Positions 19,458-29,155 of a DNA stretch of 64,000 bases are shown here, piece after piece. The translations under genes were made by a program, and so were the position numbers. The stretch's first letter is position 1. Every line of letters begins with the position of its first letter. The stretch comes from an uncultured Chloroflexia bacterium (GTDB lineage Bacteria; Chloroflexota; Limnocylindria; Limnocylindrales; CSP1-4). The notes beneath the pieces are model-generated. The model ran no database searches. It was not told the origin of the DNA and worked only from the letters and a program-made list of their open reading frames with translations. The stretch spans positions 1,070,990 through 1,134,989 of the forward strand of contig CAVUFD010000002.1 of NCBI GenBank assembly GCA_963740825.1. The letters run 5' to 3'.

Positions 19458-20921
19458 CTACTCTGGCTGCGTGGCGGCGCGGAGCTCGTGGCTCCGACCG
19501 AGCAGCCACTCGCCGAGCGCCGTGCCCTGCGCGGCGAGCTCGGGTCGCTCCGTCCCTGCCCGTGTGCCCTCAGGGCCGCTGGTCGCGAGTGCCACATTCG
19601 CGTTCGCGGCCAGCTGGTCGATGGCCTTGCGCCGCTCGTCAGTCGACGGCAGGCCCGCGGTGCGCTGCCAGGCGAGGAACGACGCACAGACGAGGTAGCG
19701 AGGGCTGAGCAGGCTGCGGACCGGCGCGCCGGCGCCGAGCGCGAGCTCGCCGGCCCATGAGCGCGCCTTGGTCGTCAGCCCGTCGCGGACCGCCGTGAGG
19801 CCGCACAGCTCCGCGATGGTCTTCCCGCCCTCGGTGAGCGGACCGAGCGCTCGATCCAGGACTCGATCCACGTCGCCCATGTCGGCGACGACCTGGGCCG
19901 TGGCCGATGAGGCGGCCGGATCGATCCCTTCGATGGCCTCGGTGCCGCTCATCCCGAGGCGATCGGCCGCACGGGCCATCAGCACGAGGCGGACGATCGG
20001 CGCCGGATAGGCGCCCGACGGACGCGCCATCTCCTCGGGGGGACCGAGCACGAGCTCCCGCAGCGCCTTGATGGCCCAGGGCCCGATCATCGCTACGGAG
20101 ACCAGGTCCGCGAACAGCTCGGCGCTCCACCTGCCCCAGCGCTCCGCTCGGGCGGTGGCTTCGGGTTCGGCGGGCTGCCAGGCCGCGGCCACGACCGCCC
20201 GGAACGGTTGGACGAGGCCGAGCTCCTGCTGGATGTTGTGGCCGACTTCGTGGGCGATGAAGACCAGCCACCAAGGCGAGTCGATGCACCACGTCGGCAG
20301 CCGCAGGGTCGGAACGGGGAGGTTCGCCAGGAAGGACTCGAGGCCGCCGATGTCCGTGGCCTCGCGGAGGGCTGATGGCGCCTGCTTCGCCGCCTCCCAG
20401 GTCGCCGGCGAGTACTCGGCCTCCACGTAGGCAAGGGGCGCCGGGCCGATCCGGACGCCTGGCGGCAGCCCGGTCGAGACGAAGACGTGCCGGTAGCAGC
20501 TCCAGACGACCTCATCCGCCGCCTTGAGCGTAGGCGCGAGGACAGGATCGTCGCGCTGGTCGAACTTCTCCCGGTAATAGGTCCAGACCCGGTGCATCCA
20601 GACGACCGCCTCGTCGATCTCGCGGCAGTCCACGTTGACGTCGGCTGCGCTGCGGCCGAGGGTGACATCGACGGACTCGAGGGCCGACGACAGCGCCGCG
20701 AGCCCGCCCTTCAGGACCTGTTCGAGGGCGTCGAGGCGCGTCCGGTGGAGCTGGGCGAACGGGGTGTCGCCGGTCGAATCGGCCCTTCGCCGTACGAACC
20801 AAGCATTGATCGCCGTTCCGAGCCGAGCCAGCTCGCGCTCGGACTGCTCGCGACGCACGATCGCCGGCATCGCACTCCCCGGCGCAGCCGATTGGCCGCC
20901 AGCGACCGGGCCTGTGACCAT
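19458..20921 (-). CDS. HEXXH zinc metallopeptidase-like protein
   Basis: FIAHEVGHN with downstream ELFADL third-ligand motif and YPAPIVR. Confidence 0.75.
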   Translation of the reverse strand: MVTGPVAGGQSAAPGSAMPAIVRREQSERELARLGTAINAWFVRRRADSTGDTPFAQLHRTRLDALEQVLKGGLAALSSALESVDVTLGRSAADVNVDCREIDEAVVWMHRVWTYYREKFDQRDDPVLAPTLKAADEVVWSCYRHVFVSTGLPPGVRIGPAPLAYVEAEYSPATWEAAKQAPSALREATDIGGLESFLANLPVPTLRLPTWCIDSPWWLVFIAHEVGHNIQQELGLVQPFRAVVAAAWQPAEPEATARAERWGRWSAELFADLVSVAMIGPWAIKALRELVLGPPEEMARPSGAYPAPIVRLVLMARAADRLGMSGTEAIEGIDPAASSATAQVVADMGDVDRVLDRALGPLTEGGKTIAELCGLTAVRDGLTTKARSWAGELALGAGAPVRSLLSPRYLVCASFLAWQRTAGLPSTDERRKAIDQLAANANVALATSGPEGTRAGTERPELAAQGTALGEWLLGRSHELRAATQPE

Positions 20922-21197
20922 CGGCGACCCCCATCTGCCCGGACACGGTCCGCCGCCTCCGGGATTGGCGCGGCCGGCCCCCTGTGGTCCCTGGATCAGG
21001 CTGCTCGAGCGTCGCCTCGACCAGCAAGGCGACGGCGGTCAAATGGGATGTGATCCCACGGCATTATCCGGGCGGTGTCCATCCCCCGTCGAGCACGCGG
21101 GTGGTGCACGGCGCACCCGGGCACCAGACCATCGCCGCCCGACAGGTGACGTCCTCGCCCCTCGACCGGCGCGAGCTCGCGCGAGATGCTGGACGAC

Positions 21198-22877
21198 ATG
21201 CGATCTCAATTCGTCGCGTGGTTCGGCCTGCTCGCGATCGTGGCGGGCCTCGGCGTCCCGGCCGCGCATCCGGCGGGACGTCGTGGCGGCCGCACCTCCA
21301 CCGCCGCCATCCCCGCCGCGTGGCCCTTCGACCGGCTCGAGATCGGATTCGCCAATTCACCGGGCGGCGCCGCGGACCTCCGGGCCGATGCCCCGTTCGG
21401 CCTCCGCTACCAGTACCTCGCGGGTGGCGTGAACACCGGCAACGGCTGGGCGACCTGGAACACCAACGGCGACTTCGTGAACTGGTACGTCCAGGACTCG
21501 GTCGCCAACGGGATGGTCGCCGTGTTCCCGTACTACCAGCTCCTCCAGAGCTCGCCTGCGAGCGGCAGCGGCGAGTCCGGGAAGGACCTCAACAACCTCA
21601 AGAACGCCTCGACGATGGGCGCCTACTGGGCCGACGTCCGCCTGTTCATGCAGAAGGCCGCCGCCGGCGCGTCCGGGCATCCCGTGGTGCTGCACGTCGA
21701 GCCGGACCTGTGGGGCTACATCGAGCAGGCGGCGACCGACAACGATGCGAAGAACGTGCCGGCGTCCGTGGCCTCGAGCGGTGACGATGACCTCGTCGGC
21801 CTGCCCAACACCGCCGTCGGCTTCGCAGCTGCGTTCGTCAGGCTGCGCGACCTGTACGCGCCCAACGTGCTGCTCGCCTACCACGCGTCCGTGTGGGGGA
21901 CGATGTTCGACCTCCACGTCAGCCAGACGAGCGACGCGCAGACGGACCAGCTCGCGGCCAAGGCGGCGGCCTTCTACGGCTCGCTGAACGCGGACTTCGA
22001 CCTCGTCTTCACCGACCTCGCCGACCGCGACTCCGGCTTCTACCAGCACCAGTACGGCGATGGCGGGGCGGCGTGGTGGAACGCCTCCGACTTCCCGCGC
22101 TACGGGCGGTTCATCGGCGGGCTGTCGGCTGGGACCGGCAAGCGCGTCGTCGTGTGGCAGATCCCGATGGGCAACACGCTGATGCGCGCGACCAACGACA
22201 CGTGGGGCCATTACGCGGACAACCGGCCCGAGTGGTTCCTCGACGACGTGAGCGACGGGCACCTCGCCTCGTGGCGCGACTGGGGCGTCGTGGCGCTGCT
22301 GTTCGGTGGCGGTGCCGACGGGACGACGTGCGCCTGCGACGGGGTAGGCGATGGCGTGACCAACCCCGCGGCATCCGGGACGCACACTCGCGCCTCGCTC
22401 TCGGCCGACGATGACGGCGGCTACCTCCGCGATCGGGTCGGCGCCTACTACGACGCCGGCGGGCTCTCGCTCGTCGCCGGCGACGACACCCCGCCTCCGC
22501 CGCCTCCGCCGCCCGACGACCCGCCCGGCGGCGATCCGACGCCGCCGCCGGCCGTGACCTACGCGACCGGTGCGACCGCGAAGCCCGACGTCGTCCATCG
22601 CCGCCACGACACGACGATCAAGTCCCACGTCCGCGCGTCGGGAGCGACGCACGTCCTGCTCGACGTCGAGGTCGACGGCCCGCGCGGACACCGGGTGAAG
22701 CAGCGGACGTGGACCCTGAGCCTGGCGGCCGGCCAGACCCTGGCGCGCTCGTTCGACTGGCACGTGAAGCGCAGCCGCGCGAAGGGCACCTACACGGTCA
22801 AGGTCGGGGTCTTCCTCCCCGGCTGGGCCGGCCTCCTCGACTGGAACAACCGCGCTACGACGTTCAAGGTCCGCTGA
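21198..22877 (+). CDS. Secreted putative glycoside hydrolase-like protein with Pro-rich linker and C-terminal Ig-like domain
   Basis: Signal peptide; Trp/Tyr/Asp-rich barrel with RYQYLAGG, VLHVEPDLWGY and VWQIPMGN; poly-Pro linker; GTYTVKVGVF. Confidence 0.7.
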   Translation: MRSQFVAWFGLLAIVAGLGVPAAHPAGRRGGRTSTAAIPAAWPFDRLEIGFANSPGGAADLRADAPFGLRYQYLAGGVNTGNGWATWNTNGDFVNWYVQDSVANGMVAVFPYYQLLQSSPASGSGESGKDLNNLKNASTMGAYWADVRLFMQKAAAGASGHPVVLHVEPDLWGYIEQAATDNDAKNVPASVASSGDDDLVGLPNTAVGFAAAFVRLRDLYAPNVLLAYHASVWGTMFDLHVSQTSDAQTDQLAAKAAAFYGSLNADFDLVFTDLADRDSGFYQHQYGDGGAAWWNASDFPRYGRFIGGLSAGTGKRVVVWQIPMGNTLMRATNDTWGHYADNRPEWFLDDVSDGHLASWRDWGVVALLFGGGADGTTCACDGVGDGVTNPAASGTHTRASLSADDDGGYLRDRVGAYYDAGGLSLVAGDDTPPPPPPPPDDPPGGDPTPPPAVTYATGATAKPDVVHRRHDTTIKSHVRASGATHVLLDVEVDGPRGHRVKQRTWTLSLAAGQTLARSFDWHVKRSRAKGTYTVKVGVFLPGWAGLLDWNNRATTFKVR

Positions 22878-22910
22878 GTCGCGGGGCACCTCGGGTCCCG
22901 GCCGCCGGTC

Positions 22911-23090
22911 CGTCGTATGCGCACCACGTTTACCAGGCGCCAATCGCACCCGTCATGAGCCGGGTCGGGCGTCCTGAGGCCACGTGTATGCTCACCACGC
23001 ATCATTCGCTGAACAAGGCCGCGGATCGACCATCGCCGGTGCGCCCGGGCGCGAACATCGGTGCGCGGTAAACCTCGTACGCATACGGCG
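22911..23090. repeat. Intergenic cluster of three degenerate GTATGC.CAC.A.G units (two direct, one inverted)
   Basis: 22911-22944 matches the reverse complement of 23057-23090 at 26/34; 22915-22928 matches 22986-22999 at 13/14. Confidence 0.6.
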
Positions 23091-23164
23091 CGACCCGATC
23101 ACATGCCGTTGTCGATCGCGCGGGACCGGACCGCCGGGCCGGCGACGGCCACCACCGGACACCG

Positions 23165-23467
23165 TCAGGGCCAGTCCTCCTCCGACCACGCCTCGTCGTC
23201 GAGCGCGGCAGGTCGAAGCGAGCGCGCGACCTCCATGGCCTCATCGGCCCGCGCCGCGGACGCGGAGCGGGCGTTCGGGTCGAGCGCCTCGAGGCGGTCG
23301 GCGATCACGGCGACCTCGCGGTAGATCCGGGCGACGGTCGCCCAGTCGCTTCCCGCGAAGGCTTCCTCGAGGTCCACGACCCGGTGCCGGATGTCGGCCT
23401 CCAGTGCGGCCACCTCGGCGGCAATCGACGGGCCGTGGCGGCCCACGGGTTCGATCGGCCCGGTCAT
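23165..23467 (-). CDS. Hypothetical protein (coiled-coil)
   Basis: 100-aa ORF with protein-like composition; ATGA-coupled to the upstream MBL gene. Confidence 0.6.
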   Translation of the reverse strand: MTGPIEPVGRHGPSIAAEVAALEADIRHRVVDLEEAFAGSDWATVARIYREVAVIADRLEALDPNARSASAARADEAMEVARSLRPAALDDEAWSEEDWP

Positions 23468-24276
23468 GGCTCGAGAGTACCGCCGCTCCTCGCCGAGGCC
23501 GGCAATACCCGTCCCGGCACCGTGATCGAGGCGGCGCCACCGGGCTCGATGACCCGCACGTCGGCTCCCGGGGCCATGCCGGCGGCGTGGGTCGCGAAGC
23601 TCGTCCCCGGCTGGCGGAGCGGCCGGTCCCAGACCCGCGACAGGCGACGGGGGTAGAGCGTGCCCCAGTGGATCGGCACGGCGGCCGGAGCGCCCAGTCG
23701 CGCGAGGAGCTCGGCGGCCGACCGAGGCCCGAGGTGCCCCGGGCCGAGGTGCGGCCCCCAGGTCCAGACCGGCAGCAGCGCGATGTCGACGCGGCCGGCG
23801 AGGTCGTCGAGGCCAGGGAACGATCCCGTGTCGCCGGCGAAGTACACGACCGGCGTCCCGGGCACGCGGAGCAGATACCCGACGGGCTCGGCTCGGGGCG
23901 CGCCCGGCGTGATCCAGTGCCGGGCGGGCACGACCTCGATCTCCAGCGATCCGAGGCTGATCCGGTCTCCCGTCGCGACCTCGACCACGGGTCCGGCGAC
24001 GACCTGCGCCGCGCGTCGACCGAGCCCGCGAGGCACGACGACGGTCGCCTCCCCGCCGACCTTCGCGAGGGAGCGCGGATCGAAGTGGTCCGGGTGGCCA
24101 TGCGAGATCAGGACGGCCTGAACGCCGTCGAACCAGGCGGCGTCCGGCGTGGCGCCATGCCGCTCGAGCGGGCCGAGCGAGGTCCGGAGCATCGGATCCG
24201 TCGCGATCCGCACCGGACCGAGGTCGAGGACCGTCGTCGCGTGCCCGACGAACCGGACGTCGACCGTGCCGCTCAC
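23464..24276 (-). CDS. MBL fold metallo-hydrolase
   Basis: FVGHAT, ISHGHPDHFD, YFAGDT and PIHWGT motifs. Confidence 0.92.
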   Translation of the reverse strand: MSGTVDVRFVGHATTVLDLGPVRIATDPMLRTSLGPLERHGATPDAAWFDGVQAVLISHGHPDHFDPRSLAKVGGEATVVVPRGLGRRAAQVVAGPVVEVATGDRISLGSLEIEVVPARHWITPGAPRAEPVGYLLRVPGTPVVYFAGDTGSFPGLDDLAGRVDIALLPVWTWGPHLGPGHLGPRSAAELLARLGAPAAVPIHWGTLYPRRLSRVWDRPLRQPGTSFATHAAGMAPGADVRVIEPGGAASITVPGRVLPASARSGGTLEP

Positions 24277-24286
24277 CGCCAGAACC

Positions 24287-25012
24287 TCAGCGGCCGTGCA
24301 CCAGCGTGTCGGCGCCGCGACCCGGCACGCGTCGGAGGCGGGCGGGGTGGCGCATCAGCGTGACCAGGCCACCGAGCAGCGCGCCGGCGCTCGTCTCGAT
24401 GAGGTCGGCCATGGTGTCCCGATAGGTCAGGTTCATGCCCCGCGCACCGAGCTTGAGGCCGACCCATTCGGCGATCTCCCAGGCCGTGGCCGCGGACGTG
24501 CCGGTGGCCGCGGCGATGCCCGCCGCCTCCCACGACGTCTGCGTGCGCGGCGTGACCAGGGCGCCGACGACGGACGAGAGGATGGCCCCGTTCGCGAAGT
24601 GGATCGCGTCGTCGACGTGCGCACGCTGGTAGATGCCCACGGCGTTGCCGGCCGCGTCCACGAGCAGCGGCAGCGTGACGGCGAGGTCGAGCTCGCGGGG
24701 GTACGGGTCCCGGCGTCCGTGCAGCCGCCACGCGATCGGGACGACGAACAGCGCGCCCGTGTATCCCACCGCGCGCACGCGCATCCCCTTGCCGCTCAGC
24801 CGCGGCGTGTCGGCGTTGACGAACGAGTCGACGGCGAGCGCGACGACGGCCGCCTTGGCTGCGGCGATCGCCGCGAACCATGCGACGTCGGCGACGCTCG
24901 GCGGCGTGGCGGCGGCCGGGGCGTCGGCGGCGGCCGGGGATCCGGGCTCGGTCGGGTGGTCGGCGTCGGACGGGGATTCGGTGTCGGCTGCGGGCGTGAC
25001 TGCGGTGGTCAT
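24287..25012 (-). CDS. Membrane protein (DUF2238-like)
   Basis: DDAIHF, AWEIAEW and DTMADL motifs in TM helices; start chosen at MTTAVT. Confidence 0.65.
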   Translation of the reverse strand: MTTAVTPAADTESPSDADHPTEPGSPAAADAPAAATPPSVADVAWFAAIAAAKAAVVALAVDSFVNADTPRLSGKGMRVRAVGYTGALFVVPIAWRLHGRRDPYPRELDLAVTLPLLVDAAGNAVGIYQRAHVDDAIHFANGAILSSVVGALVTPRTQTSWEAAGIAAATGTSAATAWEIAEWVGLKLGARGMNLTYRDTMADLIETSAGALLGGLVTLMRHPARLRRVPGRGADTLVHGR

Positions 25013-25067
25013 GGGCACCATGATGCGACGCGCGTCCGATCTGCGCCCGCGGCGGGCTGGTGCGTCG

Positions 25068-27344
25068 CTAGGGCGTTGGCGGCAGCCAGCGAGGCGGGGG
25101 AGGCGGCGGGAGCAGGGGCGGGGACGTCGGGGTTGGCCCACGCCGACCGACCACGAGGTACCGCACCGCGGTCGTGACGGCGGCCGCGACGGCGGCTCCG
25201 ACGATGCCGACGGTCAGGACGGGCGCGCCGAAGTCGTGGAGGTACCCGAGGACGGGCGGCTTGCCGCACTCGCGCCCGACGGCGACCGACATCGCCGGCA
25301 CGCAGCCCTGCGTCGCCTGGCTCAGCCCGGCGACGACGATCCCGCCGATCCCCGCGACGGACCCCGCGAGCGCGCCGTGCAGCGTGCCGAACGCGCGGGC
25401 ACCGGCGGCCGCCCCGATCCCGGCGATCAGCTGCCACAAGAACGTGATGCTGACCTGCCACAGGATGAACGCGAGCAGGAACTCGTCGCGGTCCCGGGTC
25501 GCCGGCTCGTACCCCGCGTGGAGCGCGAGGTGGAGCGTCAGCGACGTCGTGGCGATCCCCAGGCCGGCGGCGAGGCCCACCCCAATGGCCCATCGCGCGC
25601 GAAGGTCGGGCCGGTCGATGACAGGTGGCGTGGCACCCTCGTCGAGGGCGCCCCATGACGCGGCCGGGGCGACCGGGATGCGCGAGTAGAAGGGGGCGGC
25701 GGCCCACGGGACCAGCACGAGGAGGGCGAAGAATGCCAGCACCGGCGGCTCGTCGACCAGGATCCTGACCTCGGTCCCGAAGACCAGGTGCCACAGCCAC
25801 TCGGGGCCCACGATCGGAATCACGCTCTGAACGGACAGGTACAGGTCGTCCGGCAGCGCGAGGGCGAACTCGACCGCCTCGCGGGTCGCGACGATGTTCT
25901 CGAAGATTCCGAGAGCGATCGTCAGGAGGGCCGCGGCACCGAGGGCGATCGGCAGCGAGGCGCGCGCCGGCGACCGCAGGCGTGTGGCGACGGGCAGCCA
26001 GACCCTCGCCGTCGCGACCAGCCACGCGACGAACAGGATCGCGCCGATGGCAACCAACATCGTCAGCCCCAGATGGAACGGTGCGGGGTCGGGCCGGAGC
26101 AGGACGGCGTCGTCGCCGAGGGCCGTGGTGAGGCCCAGGCGCTGGCCGACGAGCAGCCCCGCCACCAGGGCCAGGCCGAGGGGCACGACCTGCACGGCGT
26201 TGCGTCCGGTCGCGAGGAACGCGAAGGTCTGTCGCCACGTTCCCAGCGCCACGACGATCGCCACCAGCGGCCCAAAGGCCAGCGCGGCCAGGCCCCGTGT
26301 CCAGATCGGGTCGAGCCCGAAGTAGCCGACGACCATCGCCACCTCTTCGTAGGCCAGCGTGCCGACGACCCCGACGCCGAACGCGTCCAGCAGGCCAAGC
26401 CGCAGCAGCGGTGACGGGTCATCGAGGACGTCGACCCGGTTGGCGGCCGATGGATGCCACGCGACCAGCCGTCTGACCCTCGACGGCGTCGGCTCGCGCG
26501 CGGCGGCCGCGGCCAGGACGCGCCGGATCTCGGGCTCGCGGGTCGACGCACGGACGTCCGCGTCGTGCTCGCGGGCGCGCAGGATCGCGCTCCGGATGAC
26601 GTACACCAGCGGGACCAGGACGACGAACCGCCATCCGAACGCGGTCACCGTCGCCGGATCGTGGGGCAACGCCCGGAGCAGCGACAGCGCGAACGGCACC
26701 ATCGCGAGCACGAGCAACGCCCGCCAGATCCCGATCGCGTAGTACGAGAGGTCGACGTCTCGGTTCCGGAGGTGCGCAAGCTCGTGGAGGACGATGGCGC
26801 GGAAGGCCGACCGATCGCGGATCGAGAGGGGAACGAGCCCGCCGGTGACCGCGAGCTCCCTGCCGCCGGGCGGCCCGAAGGCGAGCCCGAGCGCCCGGCG
26901 GTTGAGAGGCCGCCAGCGAAGCCGGGGCGCCGGCTGGACGCCGAGCTCGGTCGCGAGGGACCCGACCGCGTCGGCGAATGCCGGCGCGTCGTCGTGCGCG
27001 AGGGGCCGATAGCGGCGGCGGACGAGGGCCACCGCGATCGCGTAGGCGACCAGGCCGCCGACGAGCAGGGCGACGATCCCGAGCAGGATGAAGGCGCGCC
27101 GGGGCTCGTTGACCTCGGCCAGGCAGGCAGTGAAGGCCGCGTTCTGCGCGTCCGTGGGGAGCTGTCCCGGCGGCACCCGCGTGAGCGGCAGGCACGCGAG
27201 GATGGCCGCGGCCTCGGCTCCGAGGTCGCTGAACACGCCGTAGATCCACTCGAACGCGAGCAGGCTGACGCCGACGATCGCCGCGATGAACAACAGGAAC
27301 CGGAACGTCGTGTCGGACGGGAAGGCGAAGGGGTTCAGCCGCAT
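25068..27344 (-). CDS. M48 family membrane metalloprotease with long multi-TM C-terminus
   Basis: LHELAHLRNRD, REHDAD and WHP motifs; many TM segments. Confidence 0.88.
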   Translation of the reverse strand: MRLNPFAFPSDTTFRFLLFIAAIVGVSLLAFEWIYGVFSDLGAEAAAILACLPLTRVPPGQLPTDAQNAAFTACLAEVNEPRRAFILLGIVALLVGGLVAYAIAVALVRRRYRPLAHDDAPAFADAVGSLATELGVQPAPRLRWRPLNRRALGLAFGPPGGRELAVTGGLVPLSIRDRSAFRAIVLHELAHLRNRDVDLSYYAIGIWRALLVLAMVPFALSLLRALPHDPATVTAFGWRFVVLVPLVYVIRSAILRAREHDADVRASTREPEIRRVLAAAAAREPTPSRVRRLVAWHPSAANRVDVLDDPSPLLRLGLLDAFGVGVVGTLAYEEVAMVVGYFGLDPIWTRGLAALAFGPLVAIVVALGTWRQTFAFLATGRNAVQVVPLGLALVAGLLVGQRLGLTTALGDDAVLLRPDPAPFHLGLTMLVAIGAILFVAWLVATARVWLPVATRLRSPARASLPIALGAAALLTIALGIFENIVATREAVEFALALPDDLYLSVQSVIPIVGPEWLWHLVFGTEVRILVDEPPVLAFFALLVLVPWAAAPFYSRIPVAPAASWGALDEGATPPVIDRPDLRARWAIGVGLAAGLGIATTSLTLHLALHAGYEPATRDRDEFLLAFILWQVSITFLWQLIAGIGAAAGARAFGTLHGALAGSVAGIGGIVVAGLSQATQGCVPAMSVAVGRECGKPPVLGYLHDFGAPVLTVGIVGAAVAAAVTTAVRYLVVGRRGPTPTSPPLLPPPPPPRWLPPTP

Positions 27345-27376
27345 AAGGGCGCCCCGCTCTCAGCGCGCATCGCGCG

Positions 27377-27952
27377 TCAGCGCACGATCGCACCCACGAT
27401 GGCGTCGGCGACCACGTTCGCCTTGTCGCGCTCCATGCCCATCCGCTCGGCAGTCTTGAGGGCGACCTTGCGCACCTCGGCCAGCTGGTCGTCGGTGAAC
27501 GGCGGCGGCTCGTCCGACGGCTTTGCCTCGGCCTTCGCGGCGCGGTCGTCGTCCTTCGGCGCCTCCATCGGCTCGCCGGGCTTCGGCTTGCCATGGAGCA
27601 GGCGCTTCACGAACGCCGCGATCATGGGCTTGGCCTCCTCCTTGAAGGCCGTCTGGAGCTCGCCGACGACGTAGCCGATCACGCTCTGGGCGACCTCGAG
27701 GGCCACCGGGGTCACGAGCATCGCCGCCGCCGCCGCATCGACGCCGAACCCGAGCATCTCATCCGCGTCGGAGCTGCCGTCGGTCGAACGCGTCGGGTCG
27801 AAGTAGGCCTCCGACATCGGCCCGAACAGCGGCGCCTCCTCGGGCGCGACCTCGTCCACCGTCGTTCTCGCGAGCGCAGACACCACGGCCTGCTCGTCCT
27901 CGGAGCTCAGCCCGGCCGGCGCTGCCGCCGGCACAGGGACGCCGTCACCCAT
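27377..27952 (-). CDS. Hypothetical protein upstream of the M48 protease
   Basis: GGAGG RBS; APEE.PLF and DEMLGFG motifs followed by a hydrophobic helix. Confidence 0.75.
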   Translation of the reverse strand: MGDGVPVPAAAPAGLSSEDEQAVVSALARTTVDEVAPEEAPLFGPMSEAYFDPTRSTDGSSDADEMLGFGVDAAAAAMLVTPVALEVAQSVIGYVVGELQTAFKEEAKPMIAAFVKRLLHGKPKPGEPMEAPKDDDRAAKAEAKPSDEPPPFTDDQLAEVRKVALKTAERMGMERDKANVVADAIVGAIVR

Positions 27953-28116
27953 TCCCGTCCTCCCCGTCGTCCCTCGCGCTGAGCGTTGCCGTCAGCGCCT
28001 GCGCGCCCGCCCGAGCCGAGGTCTGCGCCTAGTCAACACCCAACGTCAATGCGGGCCGCGGACGCCCCGGAGTCCGCATGGCGACGCGACATTGCGGAAC
28101 CCCGGATACTGGCGCC

Positions 28117-29136
28117 ATGACCTTCGACCTCATCGTGTGGCCCGTCGCCCGCCAGCTTTCGACCGAGGAAGCCCTGGCCGAGGTGGAGCGGTTCGGGGGC
28201 CGCCCCTCGTTCCTCGGCGGGCACGACAAGCGCCTGGACCCGTTCATCGCGGCGATCGAGGCGCGCTACCCGGGGATCCGCGGCGGGCAGGGCGACGTCC
28301 CGTGCGAGTTCGACGTCATGCGCGACCACATCTTCCTGGGCATCTCGAGGGGCCGGGTCGAAGAGGTCGTCAAGGTGGTGTCCGAGACGGCCTGGCGCAC
28401 CGGTGTCGCGGTCTACGACCCCCAGCGCGAGGCGATCGGCCTCCCGGCTCCCTTCGCCGGCGCGCCGATGACCACGTCCGGCGTCGAGCCGCACGTGGCG
28501 ACGGCCGAGCGTGCCTTCGACGCGGTCGAGACGGGCGCGGCCCTGGCCGCCGGCGACGACGAGGCGACGATCAGCGGATCCGTCGCCAACGAGCTGCGCG
28601 CGGCCGGGTTCCGCGAGATGAGCCCGTTCGGCTTCGAGATCACGCCCGACCTCGAGGCCGAGGTGCGGGCCGACCCGGCCGGCATGCCGACGAGCCTCCA
28701 GACGCCCGAGCACAAGGCCGAGCTGATCGCGGCCGTCGCGTCGTCGAAGCCGGGGGAGCGCCATCGAGCGCTGATCCAGCTGGCCGGTTGGGACGAGGAT
28801 GCCGAGGTCGCCGCAGCCCTTCGACCGATGATCGCCTCGGACGACGTGTTCGAGGCGAGCCAGGCGGCGACCGGCCTCGCGCGCCAGGGCGACATCACCG
28901 ACTTCCCGGCGCTGGTCGCCCTCGTCCACCGGATGTCGCCCTCGGACGGCGGCACCTTCGAGGCGATGCTGCTCGCGCTCCCGCCCGCGATGGACCTGGC
29001 GAAGGTGGCCGGTCCCGTGGCGGTTGACGGCCTCCGCGAGCGAGCGCGCCAGTGGCGCGGCGAACTGTCGGGCCGCGCGCAGCCCTGGCAGGCGGACGCC
29101 TACCGGGCGATCGACGCCCTGCTCGATCCGTCCTAG
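28117..29136 (+). CDS. Hypothetical protein: N-terminal 'FDLIVWP' domain plus HEAT-like repeats
   Basis: N-terminal ~125 aa clearly paralogous to 45595-46008; C-terminal helical repeats (ERHRALIQL, EASQAATGL). Confidence 0.75.
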   Translation: MTFDLIVWPVARQLSTEEALAEVERFGGRPSFLGGHDKRLDPFIAAIEARYPGIRGGQGDVPCEFDVMRDHIFLGISRGRVEEVVKVVSETAWRTGVAVYDPQREAIGLPAPFAGAPMTTSGVEPHVATAERAFDAVETGAALAAGDDEATISGSVANELRAAGFREMSPFGFEITPDLEAEVRADPAGMPTSLQTPEHKAELIAAVASSKPGERHRALIQLAGWDEDAEVAAALRPMIASDDVFEASQAATGLARQGDITDFPALVALVHRMSPSDGGTFEAMLLALPPAMDLAKVAGPVAVDGLRERARQWRGELSGRAQPWQADAYRAIDALLDPS

Positions 29137-29155
29137 GCGGCCCAAGCCCGTCGGC

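Noticed and set aside
22911-23090. CRISPR array suggested by the 71-bp offset
   Set aside because: Only two degenerate direct copies, the third is inverted, and there are no cas genes.
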